Positions 28,373 to 39,357 of a DNA stretch of 64,000 nt are shown here, piece by piece. The notes beneath the pieces were generated by a model that saw nothing but the letters and a program-made list of their open reading frames with translations, ran no database searches and was not told the DNA's origin. Numbering within the stretch: the stretch's first letter is position 1; every line of letters begins with the position of its first letter. The stretch is from Paraspadella gotoi (Eukaryota > Animalia > Chaetognatha), in NCBI GenBank assembly GCA_051294375.1, contig CM119270.1:10374766-10438765 (forward strand). Reading direction: 5' to 3'. The position numbers were made by a program, and so were the translations under genes.

Positions 28373-30115
28373 NNNNNNNNNNNNNNNNNNNNNNNNNNNN
28401 NNNNNNNNNNNNNNNNNNNNNNNNNNNNNNNNNNNNNNNNNNNNNNNNNNNNNNNNNNNNNNNNNNNNNNNNNNNNNNNNNNNNNNNNNNNNNNNNNNNN
28501 NNNNNNNNNNNNNNNNNNNNNNNNNNNNNNNNNNNNNNNNNNNNNNNNNNNNNNNNNNNNNNCTTTTTTATTTCTTTCTTTCTTTCTTTATCTTTTTTCT
28601 TTCTTTTTTCCCCATTTTTTTAATCTCCCGTTCTCTCTCTGTTTAATTTGGTTAACCAATTAGCCTATTTATTTCTAACCAAACCTTTTAGCATCAGATT
28701 CTCTCAGTTATTTTCTTGTCTCTCGTTGATNNNNNNNNNNNNNNNNNNNNNNNNNNNNNNNNNNNNNNNNNNNNNNNNNNNNNNNNNNNNNNNNNNNNNN
28801 NNNNNNNNNNNNNNNNNNNNNNNNNNNNNNNNNNNNNNNNNNNNNNNNNNNNNNNNNNNNNNNNNNNNNNNNNNNNNNNNNNNNNNNNNNNNNNNNNNNN
28901 NNNNNNNNNNNNNNNNNNNNNNNNNNNNNNNNNNNNNNNNNNNNNNNNNNNNNNNNNNNNNNNNNNNNNNNNNNNNNNNNNNNNNNGAGAGAGAGAGAGA
29001 GATAGTCAGAGAACAAGAGCGAGAGTCAAAGTATTTCCTGTCAGAAAATGAGATTATCCCTCGGCCTCTGTCTCTCCGCCTTTTCGACTTATGAAGGTCG
29101 TCGTCGTCGTCGTAGTCGTCGTCGTCGTCGTCGTCATCGTCGTCGACCAGGTCGACAAAGTCGCGTTGGCGCCATTCCCCGCGGCGAGCGATTTCGTCGT
29201 CATCGTCGTCATCATCGTCATTTTTTTAAAAAGAGAGAGATAATAAGCTCTCTCCTTCAAAACANNNNNNNNNNNNNNNNNNNNNNNNNNNNNNNNNNNN
29301 NNNNNNNNNNNNNNNNNNNNNNNNNNNNNNNNNNNNNNNNNNNNNNNNNNNNNNNNNNNNNNNNNNNNNNNNNNNNNNNNNNNNNNNNNNNNNNNNNNNN
29401 NNNNNNNNNNNNNNNNNNNNNNNNNNNNNNNNNNNNNNNNNNNNNCAGGAGACAAGAGCCGGAGATCGAGAGACACAAACTGGGAGAGAGTTCAAATTAA
29501 TTTGCATATTAAATCGAATCAACGTTTTACTCTTCCCCCTCAAGTCGTTACTTCTTTTTCTTTTTTTTTTCTTTGAGAATTTTTTTTTTTACAGAAAAAA
29601 ATATTTTCCCTGTTTGACAGGCCGAAAGAAGGTTGGCCGCTTGTATTCAAAATTCTAAGCTTGATTGATCGTTCGCTCGTGATTGCTCCGATTGATTGAT
29701 TCATTGATTGATGATGTTATGAATCTCGACGAAGTCGGTTCTTCCCGTTATCGTTTCATGCTTTTTGTCTTTCAGTTCATTTCATTCTTAAATTTTTTTT
29801 AATAAATTCATCATTTTTATAATTAATTAATTAATTAAATAATTCTTTCATTAATTTATTCATTCATTCAGTCATACATTCATTCACACAATTGTCGTGC
29901 ATTATGCCGCCTCCAACGTTGCTCTTTTGTCTCGGTTATCGGCGTCGGTGTTTCCTGGTCATTGCCGCCAGACGTCGTCCCTTTAGTCCTCCTCTTTCTC
30001 GTCGTCGTCGTCGACCAACTCGTCCTCGTCTTCGCTTAAGTCGCTGTTCCCCATATTAGTTGTCATTTCCAGTGTTAACGGCCAACTACATGTCAGCTTT
30101 CTTAGCTATATATCA

Positions 30116-30257
<142 letters not shown>

Positions 30258-30927
30258 GCCTGTGTGGTTTTATTCCCCGTTGTTTGACAAGAGGGCTCTG
30301 ATGGGCACACACACAAAAAAGAAACACACATAGGCTTAAACAGACCCACCACTCACCCCACCTCCTACCTCGCGCTATCACCATCTACCCACCCACCCAC
30401 CCACCAGCCACGCCCGCGTTCTGTTTCTCTTTTCTTTTTCCTCTTCTCTTATTATTTCTTTTTTCCCCGCCTGATGTCGCCTTTCCATCGATTTTCTCGG
30501 ATTCGCCTTTGAAAACGGAACCCGGCTAACGTCTTCTGCGAGGCGTCATCTCCTTGTCCACGGTCCTTGTCGTCGTTGTCGTCGTTGTCGTCGTTGTCGT
30601 CGTCGTCAGTCGTCAGTCGTGATTTGTCAATCGGCTCTGTTGTCTTTTGTCTTTTGTCATTATGAAAACATGAATTCCCGACGGTTTTGACTTTTGACGC
30701 GGATTCGGGGAGAAAACGTCACTCGCTCGATCTACCTCCTCACGAGAGGCGCTGTAAAGGTGACAAGTCGCCGGCGAAGACGACGACGACGACGACGACT
30801 ACGACGAAAACGAAGACAAAGACGAAAAGTTGGTGATTTCGACTTTGACGAGATAGAGATGGCGTTGAGAGAATTATGGAAGCACAAACGAGAGCAAGTA
30901 AATAGTAAACCTCCCGTTATATTGTTA

Positions 30928-30961
<34 letters not shown>

Positions 30962-31463
30962 GCTCTCTCTCTCTCTATCTTTCTCTCTCTCTCCCCGGAT
31001 ATTTTTCGAGACCATTAATAAGCGATTTACGTTTCGTGGGTGTTTTTCCTTTTTTTGACACAATGACGCGGATCTGACGTTTCAGTCGGCGTTTCCCTCT
31101 AGCGGGGATATTAATGTCGAGAGTCGGGAGCGGGTCATCAGAAGTAAAACTCCATTTTTCTCTTCTTGTCTCTCTTCGTCTCTGTCTCTGTCTCTGTCTC
31201 TGTCTTTCTCTTTTTCTCTCTCTCTCTCGTTCTCTTCAGCATCGATCCGAAAAAAAGGAAGGAGAGATATCATCTACGTCAACAAATTTGACTCTAAGAT
31301 TAATTCCTTTTCCCTGAGTCCCAATTAGATCGTATCTCTCTCTCTCTCTGTTCGTGTGTGTGTGTGTCTCTCTCACACTTTTTTAAAAGCTCGTTATCTG
31401 TTCCGACGGCGTCAATAAAACAAATGAACATAAACTACTTTTTTTCCCCGACGACGACGACGA

Positions 31464-31508
<45 letters not shown>

Positions 31509-31651
31509 AGTTTATCTTTTCTGTTGTTCTCTCTCACTCGGCTAAATATTCTCCCTTAAGAGTTTATCAATAAATTGTCATCCAGTCTCATACATCTTTC
31601 TCTGTCTATATCCCTCTCTTTCTGTCTCCCTTCCAAGTTATTCTCCCTTTT

Positions 31652-31701
<50 letters not shown>

Positions 31702-31904
31702 CGGTGTTTCTCTCTGGTGGTGGCGTGGTGGTGGCCACATAAAAAACGATCTGCTCTTAATCGCGGCACCACCTTTTTTGGCATCTACGCTCGTTTGTCG
31801 TTGTCGTCGTCGTCGTCGTCGTCGAACCACGCTCCCGAAGGCCCGTCAGCGTCCCAATGATTGACTGAATTATGTCCCTCCTTCATGACGGCGGTTGTAC
31901 GAGA

Positions 31905-31984
<80 letters not shown>

Positions 31985-32066
31985 CACTTTATCGGCGTCG
32001 AATATTGAATCGACTTTAACAATAAAGATCGTCAAAGTAGGTTCTGTCGTCTCATCCCTCCGTCAA

Positions 32067-32113
<47 letters not shown>

Positions 32114-32119
32114 GTCTCT

Positions 32120-32160
<41 letters not shown>

Positions 32161-32622
32161 GTCTCGTTTAAATCGCCGACGGGAGAGACGTGGTCGCGTT
32201 GAAGGACGGGCCTCCCCTCTCCGGATCGATTTCTCTTCCTCCCATCCGATGTCTCCCTCTCCCTTCGAGCGCCCGGGCGGTTGGTTGGGGCCTCAGGGCC
32301 CCGTGGGCCACCAGAAGCTTGTCGCTGGAGATGTAGTTGTGTGTGGGGGGAGGCCGGTAATCTGGGCCGACCTTTCAACTAAATCACTGAAGGGATGAGG
32401 CCCCACTCCTCATGCTCTCTCTCTTTCTCTCTCTCTCTGTCTCATCTCTGCTTCATGTCTCTCCTCTCTACTTTTCGAGTCGGATCGTTTGTGTCGCCTG
32501 CCTGATTTTTGCGTGTTGAAAAGTTGAATCTTTGGAAAAAGTCGCAGGTTGCCATTCGATTTCGAAAGAGTGTGAAGGAGAGGAGAAGAGAGAGGAAGAG
32601 AGAGAGAGAGAGAGAAGGGAGC

Positions 32623-32654
<32 letters not shown>

Positions 32655-33155
32655 AGAGAAGACACGAGAAGAGAGACGAGTAGTAAAATCACCTCTGTCA
32701 TTTTTTCCTGAATCTCGGTAAATATTTTTGGTTCGTTCTTCCTTCACGTGAACCGATGAACTTTTGACAAGAGGAAAATATTTTTGTTGGTTTGTGAGAA
32801 GCTCACATTACGACCGATGGTTCATTGATGAAAGGGTCAACGTTTTGAGCTAAATTAAAAACTATTTTTTTAAATATTTTTTTTGGAACGCTTTTGAAAT
32901 TAGCACCGACAGAAAAAAAAAACGAACACCTATCGGCTTGTTTTAGAAAAAAAATACTGCCGAGGCAAAAAGAAAAAAATTAATGTAATGGGCTTTTTTT
33001 TTTCTAATAGCCGCATGGCTAATGTTTCTACAGAGTCATTACTGAAAATTGTTATTAGCCGCCAGCACAAAATTGCAAGTATAATTAGTGGCAAAGATTT
33101 TCAGAAATGTCGCCCAACTTTTTTTCTCTTTGGTTTTTCCGGCCAAAAAAAGTTG

Positions 33156-33295
<140 letters not shown>

Positions 33296-33886
33296 GAGAG
33301 CGGGTAAAAAGGGTGGTGCGCGACTTTACGTTCTTTCTCTAATTTCCCCCGCTAATTAGCATATGTAAATGGGTTTTCTCTTTAGCGTTTTTGCCAAATT
33401 AACTTTGAAAAAGCAAAGAAAGAGCGAGTGAGAAAAAAATATATTAGCAGGACGAAAAAAAAAATATTCGAAGTCTAGGATTGGCCGAAGAAGAGAAAAA
33501 GAAAAGGAGGTGTAGAAGAAATTTGAGTGGAAAATGGAACCGTGACTTGTAAAATGTATAATACCTAATTTAAAAAAAAACGCGCCCATAAGACAGACTT
33601 GATTAAAAGCTTACAAGGTCTGGTTGTGTTTATTTGTTGTAAGAGGGATTTAGGCTTTAACCCACCAGCCTGACCAAAGTCAGGGAAAAAGATAGTTGCC
33701 TAATTGGTTAGATTAATTTCGTAACAAGTACGTTTTTAGTGCTAATATTTCAAGAGGAAACGTTGCTTGAATGAGTGATGGTTCACTATCATGTTTCTAT
33801 TTTGATCATCAACCCATTCCACCTTTCCAACCACCCCAACTACCCCAACTACCCCAACCACCCTAATCCCCCCAAACTCCTTCCAG

Positions 33887-33999
33887 GTTCATCAACGCCC
33901 GGCGACGAATCGTGCAGCCGATGATCGATCAGTCAAACCGTGCCGCCTCGGGCGCCGGAGCCTACAGCCCCGACATGGCCTACGGAATGGCCCCACCGG
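33887..33999 (+). CDS. hth: Meis/homothorax exon: end of homeodomain helix 3 plus post-homeodomain region
   Basis: Encodes (W)[38 protein letters not shown]; AG acceptor at 33885-6, GTAGGA donor at 34000 (phase 1). Not present in the ORF track. Confidence 0.96.
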
Positions 34000-34564
34000 G
34001 TAGGAGGAGTCAACGGGTTGTGGCTTCATTAAATGGGCTTTGGTGATTGAGAGCGGAAAGAAGGGGGGGGGCATATTTAAACGAAGTCCAGACGAATCAC
34101 ATCGAAAAAAATAATATGACGGATGTTATTAGTAACAGGTTTTTTCCCATTTAAGTGATCTATCACTGTCTAATATCGCTACAATAAATAGTAATTGTTC
34201 AAAAGGAATTTTAAAATGAAAATATATTCGAGATTTGTAATCTAATAAAATCGCGAGAGAATTTATCGATCGATCAATCACGGAATAAGTGAACAGTCGC
34301 GACGAAATTGATGTGGATAAACAAATACTGAAATACTGACACGTTAAATCTAGTTTGATGTCCGATTTAATTAATTAAAATGAAGAATTTTAGACTTACA
34401 CGTTAAGTCTAGTAAGAGAAAATGACATTCAGACATTTTAATTTCCGATTTAATTAATTAAAATAAGCCATTAATATTAACATTAATATTAACTAAGTCA
34501 GGTTAGAGAGTAACATTCGGTTAAATGTTAAATGTCCGATTTAATCCCCTTTTAACTCTTCCAG
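34000..34564 (+). other. hth: 565-bp GT-AG intron (phase 1)
   Basis: GTAGGA...ccccttttaactcttccAG; G|GC joins to Gly in frame. Confidence 0.88.
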
Positions 34565-34785
34565 GCATGTACGGCGACCCCTCGATGTCCCCCTCCGCCT
34601 ATTCGTACGCCCGCGGCCCCGTCCACTCCCAGGCCATGCTGATCCCCGGTCACGCCCACCATGCCATGATGATGCACGGGAGTCACATGGGCGGTCATCA
34701 CATGACCCACGGGGCCGGACAGTCGCCGGGGCCTCTGGGTCACGAAGCCATGAGCGCTCACATCCAAGACATTCACGCCGGATGA
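34565..34785 (+). CDS. hth: Meis/homothorax terminal coding exon (His/Met/Pro-rich C-terminus)
   Basis: (G)MYGDPSMSPSAYSYARGPVHSQAMLIPGHAHHAMMMHGSHMGGHHMTHGAGQSPGPLGHEAMSAHIQDIHAG*; resembles the long Meis C-terminus (PGHPHH..MMHG...DIHAQ); in frame with the previous exon; TGA at 34783-34785. Confidence 0.92.
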
Positions 34786-36185
34786 GAAAAAGCGCCGTCG
34801 CGATTGGAAGGCGTGGCGTCGACGGGCGGCGTCGGGCGGCGTCGGGCGGCGTCCGCCTCCGTCTCCGACATTTCTCGCGAAAAAAACTTAAACGTCGTCG
34901 CCGTCGACGCTCGTGGGCGGAAAGTGAAAAACAAAATAAGAGTCAAAGGACGATTTAAAAATAAACATCAACTAAACAAACAAACAAACAAACAAAAGAT
35001 TAGACTCTTTTTCTTTTTTTTCTTTTTATTTCGACGACGTCACTCGAATCAAAATTTAACTCGGGAAGACATATAAAATTATGAAATAAAAAAAAAATCA
35101 CAATCACAAAAACGAAAATATAGAAAAAAACAAACAAAACAAACAAACGAAAAAGAAAACAATCATCTTTTTACCGTTTCTCATTTTTTGTTGTGTTTTT
35201 GGGTTCGAGAAAGAGAGAAAGAGAGAAAACTCACATCCACAAAAAAGACGAAAAAAACTCAAGAAAATAACATTGCGCCGTCTTAAAATTTCTTTCTGAA
35301 AAATTTTTCATACAAAAAAAAACATATTTGAGGGAAAATAAAAAAAAAACTTTTGGAAGAGGAATTCTCGTCGCCGCAACTGCCGCGCCCTCTCGCCGTC
35401 AAACTCCGCATCGATCGGCGCGACGCACCGAGTCATGTTCGCGTCGTGTCACTCTCAGTGTCACTCTCAGTGTCACTCTCAGTGTCAAGCTCTCAGACCC
35501 GTGGCGAGCGTGGACGCTTCGCCTGACCCCCTCCCACCATTTCCGCTGCATCAACTCACCCTCCCCAAATCCTACCCACCAACCGGAGGAAGAACAAACC
35601 CCCCCCCTCGGAAATCAGGTGCCTACGCGAAAAAGGCGCCTAACGTGCCCAGGTGCCATAACGCCTCCTCATCCTCCTACTCCTCTTCCTCCTCCGAGGC
35701 AGATGCCTAGTTTGACGGCGACTCGACCAGGCAACCGGCGAAGTCATCATCTGTATATAGAAGTCATCGTTTCGTAGCTCAACGTTTCCCCCCAAGTCGT
35801 CATCGAACACCCTTTACCTCCCTCCTCCCTTTCTTCTCCCTCCCCTCATTCCGTTCAACCCTGCCGTCCTCTCAATCTCTTTTTCCCCTCCTCCCTTCCT
35901 CCCTCTCCTCCTCCTCCTCCTCCTCCTCCTCCTCCCTCTATCCCTCCGAGTCACAGCCGCTTTTTTTTCCCTTGTCCATCGTTGTTTTCGTTTGGAGAAA
36001 AATATATGAAGGAAAAAAGGAAACATAATTTTTTTTTCTCTCAGAAAGAGAGGGAGAAAGAGAGAGAGAGAGAGGGGGGTGAGTGGCTGAGCGTTTGAAA
36101 AGTAGACAGCTGCTGTCAAAAAAAGCTCTTTCCTCCTCGTTTCTCAGAGTCTTACTCTCTATCTCGCCCGCCTCTCTCTCTCCTC

Positions 36186-36216
<31 letters not shown>

Positions 36217-36694
36217 TTCTCTTCTCTCTCGTCCCTCCTATTCACAGTATGTCTATTCCCTTCTATCTTTTTTCTCTCTCTATCTGTCGACTGTGTCTCA
36301 GCTTTCTCTCAACACTCCCCTTCTTGATTTCTTCTTTTTTATCTTAATATATTTTGAAGATTTTAAATATTCATATTTAGTATTTTTTCATTTCCAAACG
36401 AAATCAACTCCCTACATAGTTCCCATACCTCGCTGTGACGATGTTTGTTTATATTCTTCAACAAAGTAAACAAACATTCCATTCTTTGTTCGACGATGTC
36501 ATCGTGTTAGGATTCGGCGATCATTATGATTATTATCGTTTATAAAGGAGGGGAAAAACGGTATTTACGGTATATTTCTATATTTTTGTTTCATTTTGAA
36601 TCCAAAAATGTTTTTGTAGCTCGATCGTCGCGGAGTTCTATCATTGTTCACCGTATTGTTCTCTTTTTCTCTCGCTCTCCCTCTACTTTTCTCT

Positions 36695-36734
<40 letters not shown>

Positions 36735-36971
36735 GTCTCTCTCTCATCTCTCTCTCTCTCTCTCTCTTTTCTTTATTTTCCTCCACTCGCTCTCTCTCTC
36801 TCACTACTTAAAAAACGAGGTCCAGTATATAAAACAACAAAAACCATATAGGTGTAATTTCGTGTAAATGAATTTCATTCATTCATTCGTTCATTTGTTC
36901 ATCCGTTCATTATTGTTGAGAAGATGTGAAACCACAAAAAATATAAAAACAATTATTTTTTAGATCAATTC

Positions 36972-36989
36972 GCCGTGACCTGTGCAATT
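36972..36989 (+). promoter_or_regulatory. miR-92 family target site (seed plus 3' supplementary pairing)
   Basis: GCCGTGACCTGTGCAATT pairs nt 2-8, 11-13 and 15-18 of miR-92 (NAUUGCACUUGUCCCGGCC...). Confidence 0.5.
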
Positions 36990-37479
36990 TTAGCCAATAG
37001 ATAGTCTCCAACATAACTCAATTCTCATTTTCTTTCAAACTTTTTTTTCTGTTTACATCCCGCTTTTGTTTTGGTCTTTTTTGTGTAAGGGTTTAAATAT
37101 ATAAATATTTTTAAATATAATGTTTTTTTTATTCGGAAAAGTTTTAAATAATTATTAAATAAATTATCTTTTTTTATTTTTTTAGGGTCGAAAAACGAAA
37201 AAGGTCGGTGAATTAATTTGAATATGGTGTTTTATATTTCTTGTTTCATTTTTAAAAAAAATAAAATAAAACAATTTCATTGTTTAGCCATGTTCGTCGT
37301 CGGAAGCCGATGTTGGTTGACTGGCGGTTTTTTTTTTCTCCACACGAGAGGAAGAAAATAAAAAGAAATTTTGTTTATTAATAAATAATACTAAAACCGA
37401 ATCCTACTCTCCGTATCAATTTAAAAAAAATCGCTATCGGCGTAAAAAATAAAAGTCATGTTTTCGAAGACGGACCGAG

Positions 37480-37505
37480 CATCTTTACCACGAGTCTCAG
37501 TATTA
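37480..37505 (+). promoter_or_regulatory. miR-8 (miR-200 family) site with 8mer seed, central bulge and 10-bp 3' pairing
   Basis: CATCTTTACC-acgagtct-CAGTATTA versus the reverse complement of miR-8-3p, GACATCTTTACC-TGA-CAGTATTA. Confidence 0.55.
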
Positions 37506-38589
37506 CATACCTCCCTCCTTGTTTTTCCCCTCCTTGCTCCTCCCTCCTCCCTGCTGCCCAATCGCGCGCGCCCAGCGGCGACTCTCAATCCAACTTTTTT
37601 GCTCTAATGTTAACAAAAATTAAAAAAATGTCTGCTTTTATGATGAATAGCTCTGATGCCGTTTCAGTCGAGAGTTGAAATACAAACAAAAATGTAATAA
37701 AAAAAAAATCGCAATTATTTGGGAGTTAGAGTCAAATTGAGAGAAGTTAGTTCATGAAGTCTTAAATTATGGTTCAAAATACTTGCCAGAGACTTGTAAA
37801 ATCAGCTGATTTGAATTGATGGACGGTATACATTATTAATGATCCAGATTGAATAAAAAACCGAAGAATGTTACTACACAAAAGTTAGATCGACCTGTTA
37901 AAGAGATGCATCGTCGCATTTTAAAAAAGCCACTTCAAAACCGCGCGCCATTCCGCCCTTAATGTTTTTAATGGCCCGTGTTACTCCGTTCCATTGTAAC
38001 AACAAAGGGATTATTAACGTTTCGTTTAACCAGAGTTTTGGTTTAAAACCGGTGATTGGTTTAACCAGCGTACAGCCGCGTCCCTCAAAAAGGACCGTAA
38101 ACGTCAAAAAGTTTGCCCCCTTNNNNNNNNNNNNNNNNNNNNNNNNNNNNNNNNNNNNNNNNNNNNNNNNNNNNNNNNNNNNNNNNNNNNNNNNNNNNNN
38201 NNNNNNNNNNNNNNNNNNNNNNNNNNNNNNNNNNNNNNNNNNNNNNNNNNNNNNNNNNNNNNNNNNNNNNNNNNNNNNNNNNNNNNNNNNNNNNNNNNNN
38301 NNNNNNNNNNNNNNNNNNNNNNNNNNNNNNNNNNNNNNNTTCCCAACTCATTTTCCGCCAAAATTAAAATTTTTTTTCGCCCTAAAAATTTTTTTACTCT
38401 TTTATGCGAAATCGAATCCTGTTTTCCCAAATTTTATTTTTTCCCCCGCTGGCTCATTAAGAGAACGGGAAAACCTAGAAATGATTTTTTCTTCTCACAG
38501 GAAACTGAGAGGGAACACAAGTCGAAGAGTAATATTATCAATGATTTGTAATATTCGAAGTGAATAGAAGTGATCGAAGGTAGAGAGAG

Positions 38590-38650
38590 ATTAGATTAGA
38601 TTAGATTAGATTAGATTAGATTAGATTAGATTAGATTAGATTAGATTAGA
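38590..38650. repeat. (ATTAG)n pentamer repeat (duplicate at ~44691-44754)
   Basis: Read directly from the sequence. Confidence 0.9.
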
Positions 38651-39023
38651 AAAAGAAACAGAATAGTTTTGTCTATCAAAGGTTATCGAAGAAGATATGA
38701 ATCGAAAATTGAAAGCTATCGAGGCGGATGCTTCTTTTCATTTTTAATCGTAAATGACTAAATGGTTCGTAATCGTCTTCATTGCTTCGACCCTCCTCAA
38801 ATCTTTCAGCTGCCTCCTTCAATATTTTATTTGAGATATTGGAAGCTCATTGCGACATAATTGCATCATGGGTTGTCGCCCTGAATGCTTGCCTTCGTGA
38901 GAAAGGGAGGCGCCGCTCATCGGTCAATATAAGAATGACAAGTCTACCCGACCAAAAAAGACAATTGATTATCTAATTATAGATAATTTCCCTGGGCGGA
39001 AAAAAAATTCATTTCGCGTTCGA

Positions 39024-39059
<36 letters not shown>

Positions 39060-39307
39060 GGACGAGATGGCTTGTTTTAGAAAAAATACTGCCGGGCATA
39101 AAGAAAAAATTAATGAATGGGCTTTTTATTTCTAATAGCGCCATGGCTAATGTTTTCTACAGTCCCATTACTGAAATTGTTTTAGCGCCAGCACAAAATT
39201 GCAAAGTAATATTAGTGGCAAAGATTTTCAGGAAATGTCGCCCAACTTATTTTTCTCTTTGGTTTTTCGCGGCAAAAAAAGTTGAGCGAGAGAGAGAGAG
39301 AGAGAGA

Positions 39308-39357
<50 letters not shown>

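Larger units (their letters stand above)
34786..37860 (+). other. hth: Putative long 3'UTR of Meis/hth; 3' end uncertain
   Basis: Follows the stop codon. AATAAA at 37260, 37265, 37357, 37380, 37448, 37696 and 37852, plus proximal ones in A-rich tracts near 34960-35340. Pumilio-type TGTATATA at 35752. Confidence 0.5.

Noticed and set aside
37478-37505. Degenerate miR-8 gene on the minus strand as an explanation of the complementary site
   Set aside because: The central 8 nt replace the 3-nt TCA and no star-arm complement is visible nearby; a target-site reading fits better
38590-38650. Interstitial telomeric repeat
   Set aside because: The unit is TTAGA, not TTAGG or TTAGGG; treated as an ordinary pentamer microsatellite
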